Assembly: GCF_009914755.1 (NCBI RefSeq)
Contig: NC_060925.1
Reading direction: 5' to 3' (one strand)
Length of the DNA stretch: 64,000 nucleotides
Origin: the human T2T-CHM13v2.0 reference genome, Homo sapiens
The notes under the pieces: generated by a model
The model's database searches: none
What the model was told of the DNA's origin: nothing
The model's input: the letters and a program-made list of their open reading frames with translations, nothing else
Made by a program: the position numbers and the translations under genes
Part shown: piece by piece, positions 1 through 11,059 of the stretch
How the letters are laid out: the number at the start of each line of letters is the position of its first letter
Position numbering within the stretch: the stretch's first letter is position 1

Positions 1-165
1 TGTATGTCTTTGCTTACCCATAGCTTAGCTCCCACTTAATAAGTGAGAACATACGGTATTTGGTTTTCCATACCTGATTTACTTCACTTAGAATAATGAC
101 CTCCAGCTCCATCCACATTGCTGCAAAAGACATCATTTTGTTCTTTTTTATGGCTGAGTAGTAAT
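1..165 (-). mobile_element. LINE-1 3' end fragment (L1PB/L1MA-like)
   Basis: CATAGCTTAGCTCCCACT...GTGAGAACATACGG; minus ORF reads like the L1 ORF2 C-terminus (YYSAIKKNKMMSFAAMWMELEVIILSEV). Confidence 0.9.
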
Positions 166-1289
166 GAATACCTAACTTTTGAAGGAGGCATTTATCAGAC
201 TTCAAGGAGCAGATGACGTGGCACCTGAACTTAATCTTGAAGGGTGAGGTTGGCCAGGCTGACATAGGAGAGGAAGAGAGTCTAAGTTTCAAGAAAATAT
301 ATGCAAAAGCACAGAAGCACCAAAGAGCACTTTTATGTAAAGAATGGCCAGTCACTGGGGTTGTCTTCAGGCTGATGTGCCTCTAGAGTTTACAAATAGG
401 ACAGGTGACCAGGATGTAAAATTTTCCAAGAATCTTTCACAGAGGAGACTGGAGTTGAGTTTATGCTTGGAAATGGCCAACTGAAGGGTAGACAAAAATG
501 AGAGAAGGGGGCATCCTAGATGGGGAAGGGATATCATCAGAGGCATGTTTCTCAAAGCTTTTTTGTCCTGCCACATGTTGAAAATATGAGTGTTCCTATT
601 GAAAGTGAATGCCAACTCCCCAAATACAACCTGTTGAGAAGACAAAGTTTAGTTTATAGTTTACCACCTATACAGAATTTTGACGGTATCTTCGAAGGTG
701 AAAGGCATGGTGAGAATTTACTGAGGATGGTAATTTTGGTTTAAGCCAAGTACTTCAATGCGGGGATTTTATTAGGATTGGGTAAGGATCATGACACAAC
801 AGTCCAGGATTGATGGAAACAGCAAGGCAAGGATTTTGAGGCAAGAGATTCAAAGAATCTTAGAGCACAGACTGTTTGTTAGTACTTTCCATTGAAGAGT
901 CAGTGGGCCCGTTTGGAAGTTTTGACATGAACAATCAAAGCAGTGGCCTGGACAACAGACATCTGGGAAGGTAAAGTAATGCTCGTGTAGTAGAATAGTA
1001 AAGTCATATGAATGTAGACAGTCACATCTGGTTTCCATTCTTGGTGTCCCTACTGAGGTTATTTAGGTTCTCATTTCATAGTGCACACTGGCATAAACAG
1101 GGGAAGCAGCCCGGGTAGAATGGACCACTGATGGGCTTCGGTCAACCTAAGCCCTGACCTAGCCAATGTGGGGGCAGGAGAATACATTCCTTGGCACATC
1201 TATAACCCCTCTGTGCCCCAAGTGATCAGCATACTGACTTAGTGTCTCTGCCTTACGGAAAGAGATAAAGACAGAGTCTTTGTGGAAGA

Positions 1290-1650
1290 ATTGTTTGTAA
1301 GAACATAAAATTGGAAATAACCTCAACATCCATCAACAAGAGAATGGATGGGTAAATTGTGGTATATTCAAATAAAATGAAATATTGTACAGTAATGAAG
1401 AAGAATGAGTAACAACTACAAATACCCATATATGACCTATAAACATACGCTTGAGGGAAAAAAGGATGTTGCCAAATATATATGCACTGTTTTAACCTTT
1501 ATATACTTAAAAGACTTCTATAGAATGTATGCGTGGACAATTATGAAAAGTATAATGAGATGCATGTAAAAAATAACAATCTGAATAGTGGTTACCCAGG
1601 GGACTTCAACTGCAATGGTAATGCTATTTTTAAAGCTAGGTGATAATTTC
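1290..1650 (+). mobile_element. Old L1M (L1ME-like) 3' fragment
   Basis: AAATTGGAAATAACCTCAACATCCATCAACAAGAGAATGGATGGGTAAATTGTGGTATATTCA resembles the L1 ORF2 end/3'UTR. Confidence 0.7.
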
Positions 1651-1669
1651 ATGTGTCCATTATATTCTA

Positions 1670-4600
1670 AAGTTGGGGGCATTAAGACCTTAAATTCTGA
1701 TGGGTTTTTTTTACTTGTGGAAGTGGCCCCCCGACTCCCAGCAAAAGTAGCATCCCACCCAGTGAAAAGTGGCCTTTTCCCTTCACTCTGAGAAGATTAC
1801 TTTACATTGCCTGAGGAAACAGTAATAGTCTCTGCTGAGGCAGACACCATACAAGACAATGCTGATTCTCTTCAGATCCAGCATTGGATCACCCCTCTTT
1901 GTTCTAGTCCTATAATGAGACTCAAGTCCCGGTAGACCCCTAAAGATGAGGTACAAAGCACCATGCATGAGGTAATGTGCTACATTTCAAAATAACTAGT
2001 TGAGTTTTCTAAGGTATATAAGTAGAAATCCAGGCATACATGTGGGAACGGATATTAATGGTGTTGGATAACAGTGGAAGGAACATAAAGTTAGATCAGG
2101 CTGAATTTATTGATAGAGGCTAACTAGGCAGAGATTCTGCATTTAATACTGCAGCTTGGAGAGTTAGAAAGGGCTCTCACATTTTGTTTGGTTTATTGGC
2201 TAAGACATGGATCAAAAGGTGTTCCACTGTGAGAAAATTGGAAATGGCTGTTCTGCCTTGGTTTAATGTAGAGAAGAGAATTCAAAGGCTTTTGGAGATT
2301 GGAATGTTAGAGTGGATTTGTAATTTAAGACCTATTCACCAACACTGGGATGGTCTGAAAAACATATCCTTACCAATACTTTGAGAAATAAATATGGGAG
2401 GAGAAATAAATATGTCTTCTTTGTACACCAGACCTTACAGTGAGAACCATAGCCATTCAGTTAAATTACCCAAATCAATGGGAGTAACTGGGATTCTGGT
2501 GTAGCAGGAGCTAAATGGTGGCACTCAACTACCGAAGGCAAAGTAGTTCTGGGTACTGTAATAGCAGAGTCAAAGCAGTAGTCAGAACAGTCTGATTTGC
2601 ACACACCTATGACACTGGCGAGTAATCATGGCATTCCTAGAAGTGAAACAGATAGGAAGCCTACTAAATTCTTTGTTGATTTGTGTAAGCAGAAAACTTC
2701 TAGGTCTTGTAAACAAAAGTCTAACTCAAATTGCAGAAACAAAGAATCATGGCCCTTCGGTCGGTTGCCAAACTTGAGCAAGTTTACAGACCCAGAAGCC
2801 ATTGAATAAAGGGGAGATTGAGTCCCCTCCAGAAAGGCCCTTGGTACACTACTACAAATTTAGACTGTTAATCTTTCTCCCAGCCTCTCCCAAAGGCACC
2901 TATGGCCTTTTATTAGGGTAACTGTGTGTTGGGAAAAGGAAATAATCAGAATTTTGGGGACTACTGGACACTGGCTCTGAACTGACATTGATTTCAGGAG
3001 ACCCAAAACATCACTGTGTCCCTCCAGTCACAGGAGAGGTTTATGGGGCTCAGGTGATCAATGGAGTTTTAGCTCAGGTCAGTCTCACAGTGGGTCCAGT
3101 GGGTCCCTGAGCCCATCCGGTGGTTATTTCCCCAGTGCCAGATGCACAATTAGAATAAACATACCTAGTAGTTGGCAAAATCCCCACATTGGGTCTCACC
3201 TGTTATGATGGGAAAGGCCAAATGGAAGCCATTATAACTACTTCTATCTGGGAAAATAGTAAATTAAAAACAATACCACATTCTTGGAGGCACTGCTGAC
3301 ATTAGTGCCACCAACAAGAACTTAAATGATGTAGCAGTGCTAATCCCCACAACATTCCCATTCAATTATGCTATTTGGCCTGTGCAGAAGACAGATGAAT
3401 CTTGGAGAATGACAGTGGATTACTGTAAACTATACCAAGTTATGACTCCAATTGAAGCTGTTATACCAGATGTGGTTTCATTGACTGAACAAATTAACAC
3501 ATCGTGGTACTTGTTATATAGCTGTTAATCTGACAATTGCTTTTTCCTCCATGTCTGTCCATAGGCCCACCAGAAACAGTTTGCTTTCAGCTAGCAAGGC
3601 CAGCAATACACCTTCTACCTCATGGGTATGTAAACAGGTAAACAGTTCAGTCCTAAGTTGTAACTTAGTTTGCAGGGATCTTGATTGCCCATTGCCCTTC
3701 CCTTCAGTAAGATACCACACTGCTCCATTACATTGATGACATTAAGCTGACTGGACCTAGTGAGCAAGAAGTAGCAGCTACTTTACACTTATTGATGAGA
3801 AATTTGCATGTCAGAAGTGGGAAATAAATATGACTAAAATTCAGGGACCCTCCTGAAATTGCCTTTGCAAAAATTATAACAGTGAGAAAAATCTGACATA
3901 AGAAATTATGACACTGGAAAAAATAGGACCTACCCAACTCCATCTTGCTTCTAACTTCCAAGCTATCCTTGTTCATCTGGGGCATAGGCCAGATGAACTA
4001 TTAGAATAATTTAGTTTGTAGTTTAACTTTGAAACAAAGATGATGACAGCCCCTTCCTAAAACAAACCCCCTCCTTGCCTGGGGACCAGACTGCCTTTGT
4101 AAAACTCACAAATTAGCCACAAGATTAGAAAATGTGGCTCCGCAGTTATGCAGCCGGAGGCCACAAGATTTCTAACCTTCTCAAATTTTCCTATAGATAA
4201 CATCACTATCATAAAACCCAAGATGGGTGTTTGAAGTATTTTTCAGACCCTGAATTCTGATAGACGAGCTAGCACCACCCAGAGTAGTAAACTGGCTCAT
4301 CTGGTCCTGTGGCTTCTACCCAGGATCTGACTCAGTGCAAGAAGACAAGCTCTGACTCCCTGTGATTTCCTCCCTAACCCGACCAGTTAGCATTCCCCAT
4401 TCTTCAGCCCCCTGCCTGCCAAAGTATCTCTAAAAAACTTTAGCCTCCAAATTTTCAGGGCTTCTGAAACTCCTGTCCTTCTGCTTACCTGGCTCTGTGT
4501 GTGTTAAACTCTTTCTTTACTGCAATGCCACTGTCTTGGCAAGTTGGCTGTATCTGTGCAGTGGTCAGTAAGAACTCATTGGGTGGTTATATTCTACCTC

Positions 4601-4685
4601 AGTGAAATTTAGGGGTCCAATGGTGTAGGGCATGTCAAGATATTTTTTCTGAGGTGAAGAATAAATTGCATCTGGCCTCCCAGTG
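1670..4685 (+). mobile_element. Degenerate ERVL internal region (gag-pro-RT remnant), interrupted by an LTR8-family LTR
   Basis: RT peptide IPTTFPFNYAIWPVQKTDESWRMTVDYCKL (3337-3528); TACATTGATGAC (YIDD) near 3729; protease-like CTACTGGACACTGGCTCT (LLDTGS) near 2961; many stops and frameshifts. Confidence 0.9.
3854..4591 (+). mobile_element. Solo ERV1 LTR, LTR8/8A/8B family
   Basis: Starts TGAAATTGCCTTTGCAAAAATTATAAC...CAACTCCATCTTGCTTCTAAC, ends GAACTCATTGGGTGGTTATA; ERVL RT resumes at 4592. Confidence 0.85.
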
Positions 4686-6539
4686 CTAGATTTTTTTGCA
4701 TCTGCAATTGTTGGCTGCAGAGATTAATGGTTGGTGTCATTCTCTGAGAACAACTGTCCTGAAAAAAGTTGGGGATAGACAAGGGTGGAAGGGAGATTGA
4801 ACCTCTTATTATTTTGTGAAACATAACCATAAATTGTTCCTTGTAATTGGAGAGAGTGTTCTAATTTGGGGGCCTGGGGCTATAGGTTGTCTGAGTGACA
4901 AGGTCTCACACCAGAAATCAACTTAGGGTAACATTAGTCAGGCTATAAATGTAACATTCAAATAATTAACATGAATAAAACAAGAAGAACACTTGGCTCA
5001 CATTTAAATTTTCGCTTAAATGTCCAGTAGAAATGCCTACTTGGTTCTTATTGATTTTTAAAATGAGTTTGGTAGTGTTTATCAAGGCTATTTAGTTCAA
5101 TGAATCTACCACTTAACTTTCTACAGCATAACAAAGGGGGTATAATTAAGTGTTCATGCAGAGACTGGCTTACCCAATTTGACATGGAATCAGTACAGTT
5201 GGAGCTCCAGCAAACTCTGGGTGACTGACAACACATGAATTAAGTAATTACTTTCAGTATCTCTACTTTGCAATTACCTTGAAATTTGAAAGTGGATAAT
5301 TAATTCCTAATTCCTTAGTCAATATAAAAAAAAAAAAACCTCAGAATTTGAGCTAGGCTAAGCCCGGCAGTCTTATTCTGAACCTTTCCAAATGTTTCAG
5401 TTAACCCGTCATATGCCAAGTGACTTGGCTCAAATAAAGTGTAAAGTATTTTTAAGATTATTACTAAGATCCTGCATTTAAACTTAGGTTTTTATTTTTA
5501 ATTAATTTCAGTCCACCAAAATTTTGAAAACAGTGGAATAAATGTTTATTTGAATTCCACTGGTTTATCTCAGATGGATTTGTCTCTGGGCATAGACAGA
5601 TGGGTCTATGTGCATTCAATGTATATGAAAGAACGATCTTTGTTTTGACCTCATAACCTAGTTAAGCCCCAATTCTTATGCACCATGAGTAGTTTATGAC
5701 CCAAAATATCCACAGATATGGCTTTGTGGAGGGACAAAGCCAGATTCCAGGAAATCACAGCAGTGCATCGTACAGAATGTTTGAGCTCAAGGAAAGATGG
5801 TGCATGCGAAGTCATGCTTCCTGCTCAGATGCTGCTACCCACAGTGATCTGTAGATTTTAACTGAGGGCGAGGGGACAAAAATGCAAATGTTCTTTGTAA
5901 TATGGGCTATATCAAATTTAAGATGAGTCTGTGAGAAGTTGATTGTTAAATAAAAGCTATCAAATAAAAATCAGCCGTAATGTGAAAGCATTTTCTATGA
6001 TGCTCTTCACTTAGAAATTTAGTAATAGAGGGGGATCTGGTATATTGTATAATACATTTTAGATATATTTAGCTGGAATTAACAAGGACTGTCAGTAACA
6101 TTGCATACAGAATGCTTGAAATATCTAGGCAAAAAATGGTACAATTCATTTGGAAGAAAATGCATCACTACTCTGACATTAATTACTAATTTCCAGGTTC
6201 CAATTTTTAGTCTATGTGCTGCCTGTCAGTGCAAGCCCCTAATTTCCCAGTTGCTTAATGTAGCACTAATAATTTTTAACTTGCAATATACTCAGGTAAT
6301 TTTATGTTAAAGTAAATAATCTCTTGAGTGTAAACTACTTCGCATGCACTGATTCTTTATTAAAATCCTCAATTTTACCTCTCTGTCTGTCCTTTTTTTC
6401 CTTTTTCCTTCCTTTCTTCTTTCTTGCCTTCCCTTTCTATCCATTCTTTGTGTCCCTCATCCATTTTTTTCCCTGCGGGTTTCATAAATAAATAAAATCT
6501 CAACTAGATAATAAATTCATATTTCCAACAGGTACTTAC

Positions 6540-6628
6540 TCTTCAATAAACAAAGTTGAGAGGGTGGGTGTGGTAAAAGATAGCAATCAGGAACCTGTTT
6601 CTACCTGGTTCCCAGGTTTATGGAACCC
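6540..6628 (-). other. Candidate spliced exon (89 nt, stops in all three frames; non-coding or terminal)
   Basis: Minus-strand acceptor TTTCTCCCTCCGCAG| and donor GAAGA|GTAAGT in non-repetitive sequence. Confidence 0.35.
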
Positions 6629-7719
6629 CTGCGGAGGGAGAAAGCTCCAATAATGGCTAATATTGTACTTGCCCATCTTGGTGAAATAGAGCTGGATTTC
6701 ATTTGACTTTTTAAAAAATTTCGTTTTTTGTAAGTCCTTTATTAGGAGACAATTTTATGTTTTGTATACATACACAAAACAAAACCCCGCAGAGCCTTGG
6801 AATATCTAAAAACTTCTAATTTGTCCCTTCTCATTAATAAGACTTACTTTATAATTTGAGACTGACAACACTCCGTACTACCAGATGATATAAGACATGA
6901 CTTCTGTTGACAGTGTGATTTCTCCTTGATGTTGGCTGGGACTCCCTTAGTGAATACTAACGTTATGCTTAGCTCAGAAAACGTAAATCGTTTAAGTATA
7001 ACAGTCTTTTGCCTTTTTTTTTTTTTTAGTAGGAAAAGGATTATCAGTTTTATTTAATTGGTTTCACTGTCTTCAAATCATTGTTGGCTCTTAGCATATA
7101 TTTAACTATGATTTTGAAGAAGGAAGTTGTAAGACAGAGGAGGGGAGTTAGGTGGCTTCTTATTATTCCAGAAAGATCAGTTTCTATCAGAAATGGACTT
7201 GCTTTGGCTTTCAGATATTTTGTAATCATTTATCCTCTTGAAATTTAAATAGATTATGTTAGAGACAGAGGACCTGAGTATTAAATTTAGATTGGAAAGG
7301 AACTAGCACAATTAAGAGAGCTATGCCTGGAATATGCAAAAGAAACAGGTATAATAGAAGAAGATCAACACCCAAATGGAAATTCTACAGTGAGTTATCC
7401 GGAACCTACAGTGATCCTTCAAAAATGATTTTATTTGTTCAAGCAACTTCTTAGACAATTTGATGACAGGCATGTGTCAAAGTTCAATTTCAAACTTTGG
7501 TAAGAGAAGATGCTTTTGAAAAAGCCAACTCAAAGACTCCTGCTTAATAGAGATATTTTACATGAATGTTTAAGTAAGGACCTTAAGACTGTCAGGCCGT
7601 CACGAGACCCACAGTCAGGTAGGTGGGTGATGAATTTCTTTTTCAGAAAGAATTTCTAATTTCAATAAAGTGTACCAGAAAGTTGTTTAAGTAAGCATTT
7701 TATCAGGGATTCTCTGTAA

Positions 7720-8139
<420 letters not shown>

Positions 8140-8190
8140 AAAATTCAAATTCTTACAGGACCCAATACATGGATGATGTCATTTCCTGCC

Positions 8191-8552
8191 TGATATAGTT
8201 TCGCTGTGTCCCCACCCAAATCTTGTCTTGAATTCCCACATGTTGTGGGAGGGACCCAGTGGGAGATGATTGAACCATGGGGGTGGGTCTTTCCCATGCT
8301 GTTCTCGTGATACTGAATGAATCTCAAGAGATCTGATGGTTTAAAAAAAGTGGGAGTTTCCCTGCACAAACTCTTTTTTTTTTTTGCCTGCCGCCATCCA
8401 CGTAAGGTGCGACTTGCTCCTCCTTGCCTTCCGCCATGATTGTGAGACCTCCCCAGCTATGTGGAACTGTATGTCCAATTAAACTTCTTTCTTTTGTAAA
8501 CTGCCCAGTCCCGGGTATGTCTTTATCAGCAGCGTGAAAATGGACTAATACT
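8191..8552 (+). mobile_element. Solo THE1 (THE1B-like) MaLR LTR
   Basis: TGATATAGTTT...GGACTAATACT; 5-bp TSD CTGCC at 8186-8190 and 8553-8557. Confidence 0.95.
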
Positions 8553-8599
8553 CTGCCATTCCTTTTCCTGACTCAGGGTCCTTCCTTTCTGTTTGTTGA

Positions 8600-8960
8600 A
8601 TATGCCTACCATAACCCTGCCTCAGATCTTTGCATGTGCTGTTCCCTTTGCCTAGAATGCAGGTCTCTTGCACAACTAGGTGGTTTGTCCCTCTCTTTAT
8701 TCATGTCTCTCTCTGTTCCATTCTGACCTCATTTAGAATTACAGCCCTCCCAGCTCCATCCCCTCTCTGGTACTCTCTATTTCTTTGCCCTGTTTGGATT
8801 CTAAATACTGTTTGCTGGCATTACAGCATATACTTACTGTTCATTGTTTATCTTCCCCTGTTTCCACTGGAGTGTAAATAAAGTCCATGAAGGGAGGGAC
8901 TTTGTTTCATTCACTTCTATATTCCCAGGGCTTAGAACAGTGACTGGCTTAGAGTATATG
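8600..8960 (+). mobile_element. L2 3' end fragment
   Basis: CTTTGCATGTGCTGTTCCCTTTGCCTAGAATGC...CCATGAAGGGAGGGACTTTG...CTTAGAACAGTGACTGGC. Confidence 0.75.
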
Positions 8961-8974
8961 TACATAAGACCGCC

Positions 8975-9400
8975 CTGAGGCTGAATGGTATCCCCACAAA
9001 AATACATATGTTGAAGTTCTAACCCCTAGTACCTTAGAATGTACCATATTTGGAGACAGGATCTTTACAGAGGCAATTAAATTAAAATGAAGCTATTAGA
9101 GTTATTAAGGGGGGCCCTAGTGCAATCTCACTTGTGGTCTTTTAAGAAGGGTAAATTTGGACACAGGCATGTACAGAGGGAAGATGATGTGAAGACACGG
9201 AGAGAAGATGGCCATCTACATGCTAAGGAGAGAGGCCTGGCCTGGAACAGATCCTCCCTCATGATCATCAGAAAGAACCAATCTTGATGACACCTTGATC
9301 TCAGATTTTGAGCCTCAAGAACCGTGAGAAAATGAATTTTTGTTGTTCAAGCTACCCAGTCTGTGGTACTCTGTTATGGCAGCCCTCACAAGCTAATATA
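8975..9400 (+). mobile_element. MLT1B/C-like MaLR LTR
   Basis: CATATGTTGAAGTTCTAACCCCTAGTACCTTAGAATG...TATGGCAGCCCTCACAAGCTAATATA. Confidence 0.85.
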
Positions 9401-9829
9401 GCACTATACATATTCTTAATATGGATTTGTTAAATTAATAATTAAATGGTATGGAACATTTTTGTAAGGACAAAAGGTAGTGGGCATTGTTGAACACTTA
9501 TGCAGGAAAGAAACACAGATGATGATTTCTTAATGGAAACTTCAAGGTCAGCATGGAAGCAAGGTGATATGATGGGAGGGTGAAGGTACTGGTGCTTTGT
9601 ATTTTTTGGATTACAGCTCCAAGCATCACTATGGGAGCATCTCAAGATGCTCTAATCCATCTTGCTGGGAGCTCTAATCCGACAAATACGGAGCACTAGA
9701 ATCCTCTTGTCTTGGAGATAATTCAGTCTCTCAGAAGTTTGAGAATACAATGCACTGCTACTTGGAGCTTAACTATGACCAACAAAGAAGAGAGCATATG
9801 AGTAAAGTAATGGTGATCTGAATTTTAAA

Positions 9830-10880
9830 AGAAATTGATCTTGGTATTCATGATTGTCAAGGATGCTGGTTATTATCAGACTTATAAACTGAACTTCAGG
9901 AAATCAGACTGAAAACTGTGAAGAGGAAAGATAGGCATTAACTCCATTATTACAAATAGTAACTGGCAAAAAAACACAGTGTAAAAAGCATTTCTCTGAC
10001 ATTGCAATTACAACTGACTTCAATAAGGATATAAAGAGGAGTTTATATAAAGGACCCATAGGCAGCATATTCACAAAACACAGAAGGAGGGACCCACGGC
10101 TAAGAGGGAATTCAAAAGATTGGCAGAAATCAATAAGACCAGTGTTAGGAAACCTGCAGGCACGCAGACTCCCCCAAATGCCAAGGACAGCAACATTTCA
10201 ACTTTGATTTAACATGTGGGAGACACAAAAACAAGGCATGTTTCTGACCTGAATGAAACAGATGGTGTAATGCTGACTGTCTATTACAAAGAGAAAGCAA
10301 AACTATTTAAGTCCTATTTTGTTTTCATATTCTTTGCCCACAAAAATAATTTCAGATTGGAAAGCCCAAACAAGTAATATTAAAAGGGAACGGCAATCCT
10401 CACTAGGTCAGCATAGTAAGAGAATTAGTTGTTTTTAATAAGATCGAATCTCCACCCCAGATGGATGATATCCCTGGGCTGTGAGAAGACATGCAGGGAA
10501 GCCAGACTGTCATCATTTATCTTCGAGGAATAATGGTCAATAACAAAATGAAGACATTTAGAGATGTGCAATGTTGTATTAATCTTCCAAAAAGGGCAAA
10601 AGATAATTTCTAAAAATGATGCAAAATTAGGCTAACCATTGGTTTTTATTATTAAACAGATTGTTAAGCAGATGGCTTGCAAACTGCAAAAAAAAAAGTG
10701 GTGGTCCTTCATTGTCATCTATTGTCACTACCCATTGTTGCATCCATTTTCATGACATCCATGCCACTTAAAGTAATTTATACCAAATCAAGCTCATTTT
10801 CTTTTTGGAAAAGACACCAACTGGAGGATGAGAGGAGCATTTGAGATGCACTTGATTTTGAATTTATTACGGTATTTGTA
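9830..10880 (+). mobile_element. Ancient L3/CR1 LINE ORF2 remnant
   Basis: CR1-like segments GAGAAAGCAAAACTATTTAAGTCCTATTTTG, AATCTCCACCCCAGATGG, GCAATGTTGTATTAATCTTCCAAAAAGGG, ACCAAATCAAGCTCATTTTCTTTTT. Confidence 0.65.
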
Positions 10881-11059
10881 TCTAATGATATCCCCTTTTA
10901 ACTGTCTAATGAATACATCATCCTCTCAAACACATCATGACCCAAGCTGAATTTAGTCTTCCCTCAGAGAAGAGTTTTCTCTTTTCAAGTTCTGTCCAAA
11001 TTTTCAGCCTTCTTTATTTAAAATTTAATTTTATAGTAACTTTTTTAAATAACTTTTTT

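Noticed and set aside
580-1080. Possible old LTR
   Set aside because: LTR-like in feel, but family and termini could not be established from sequence alone
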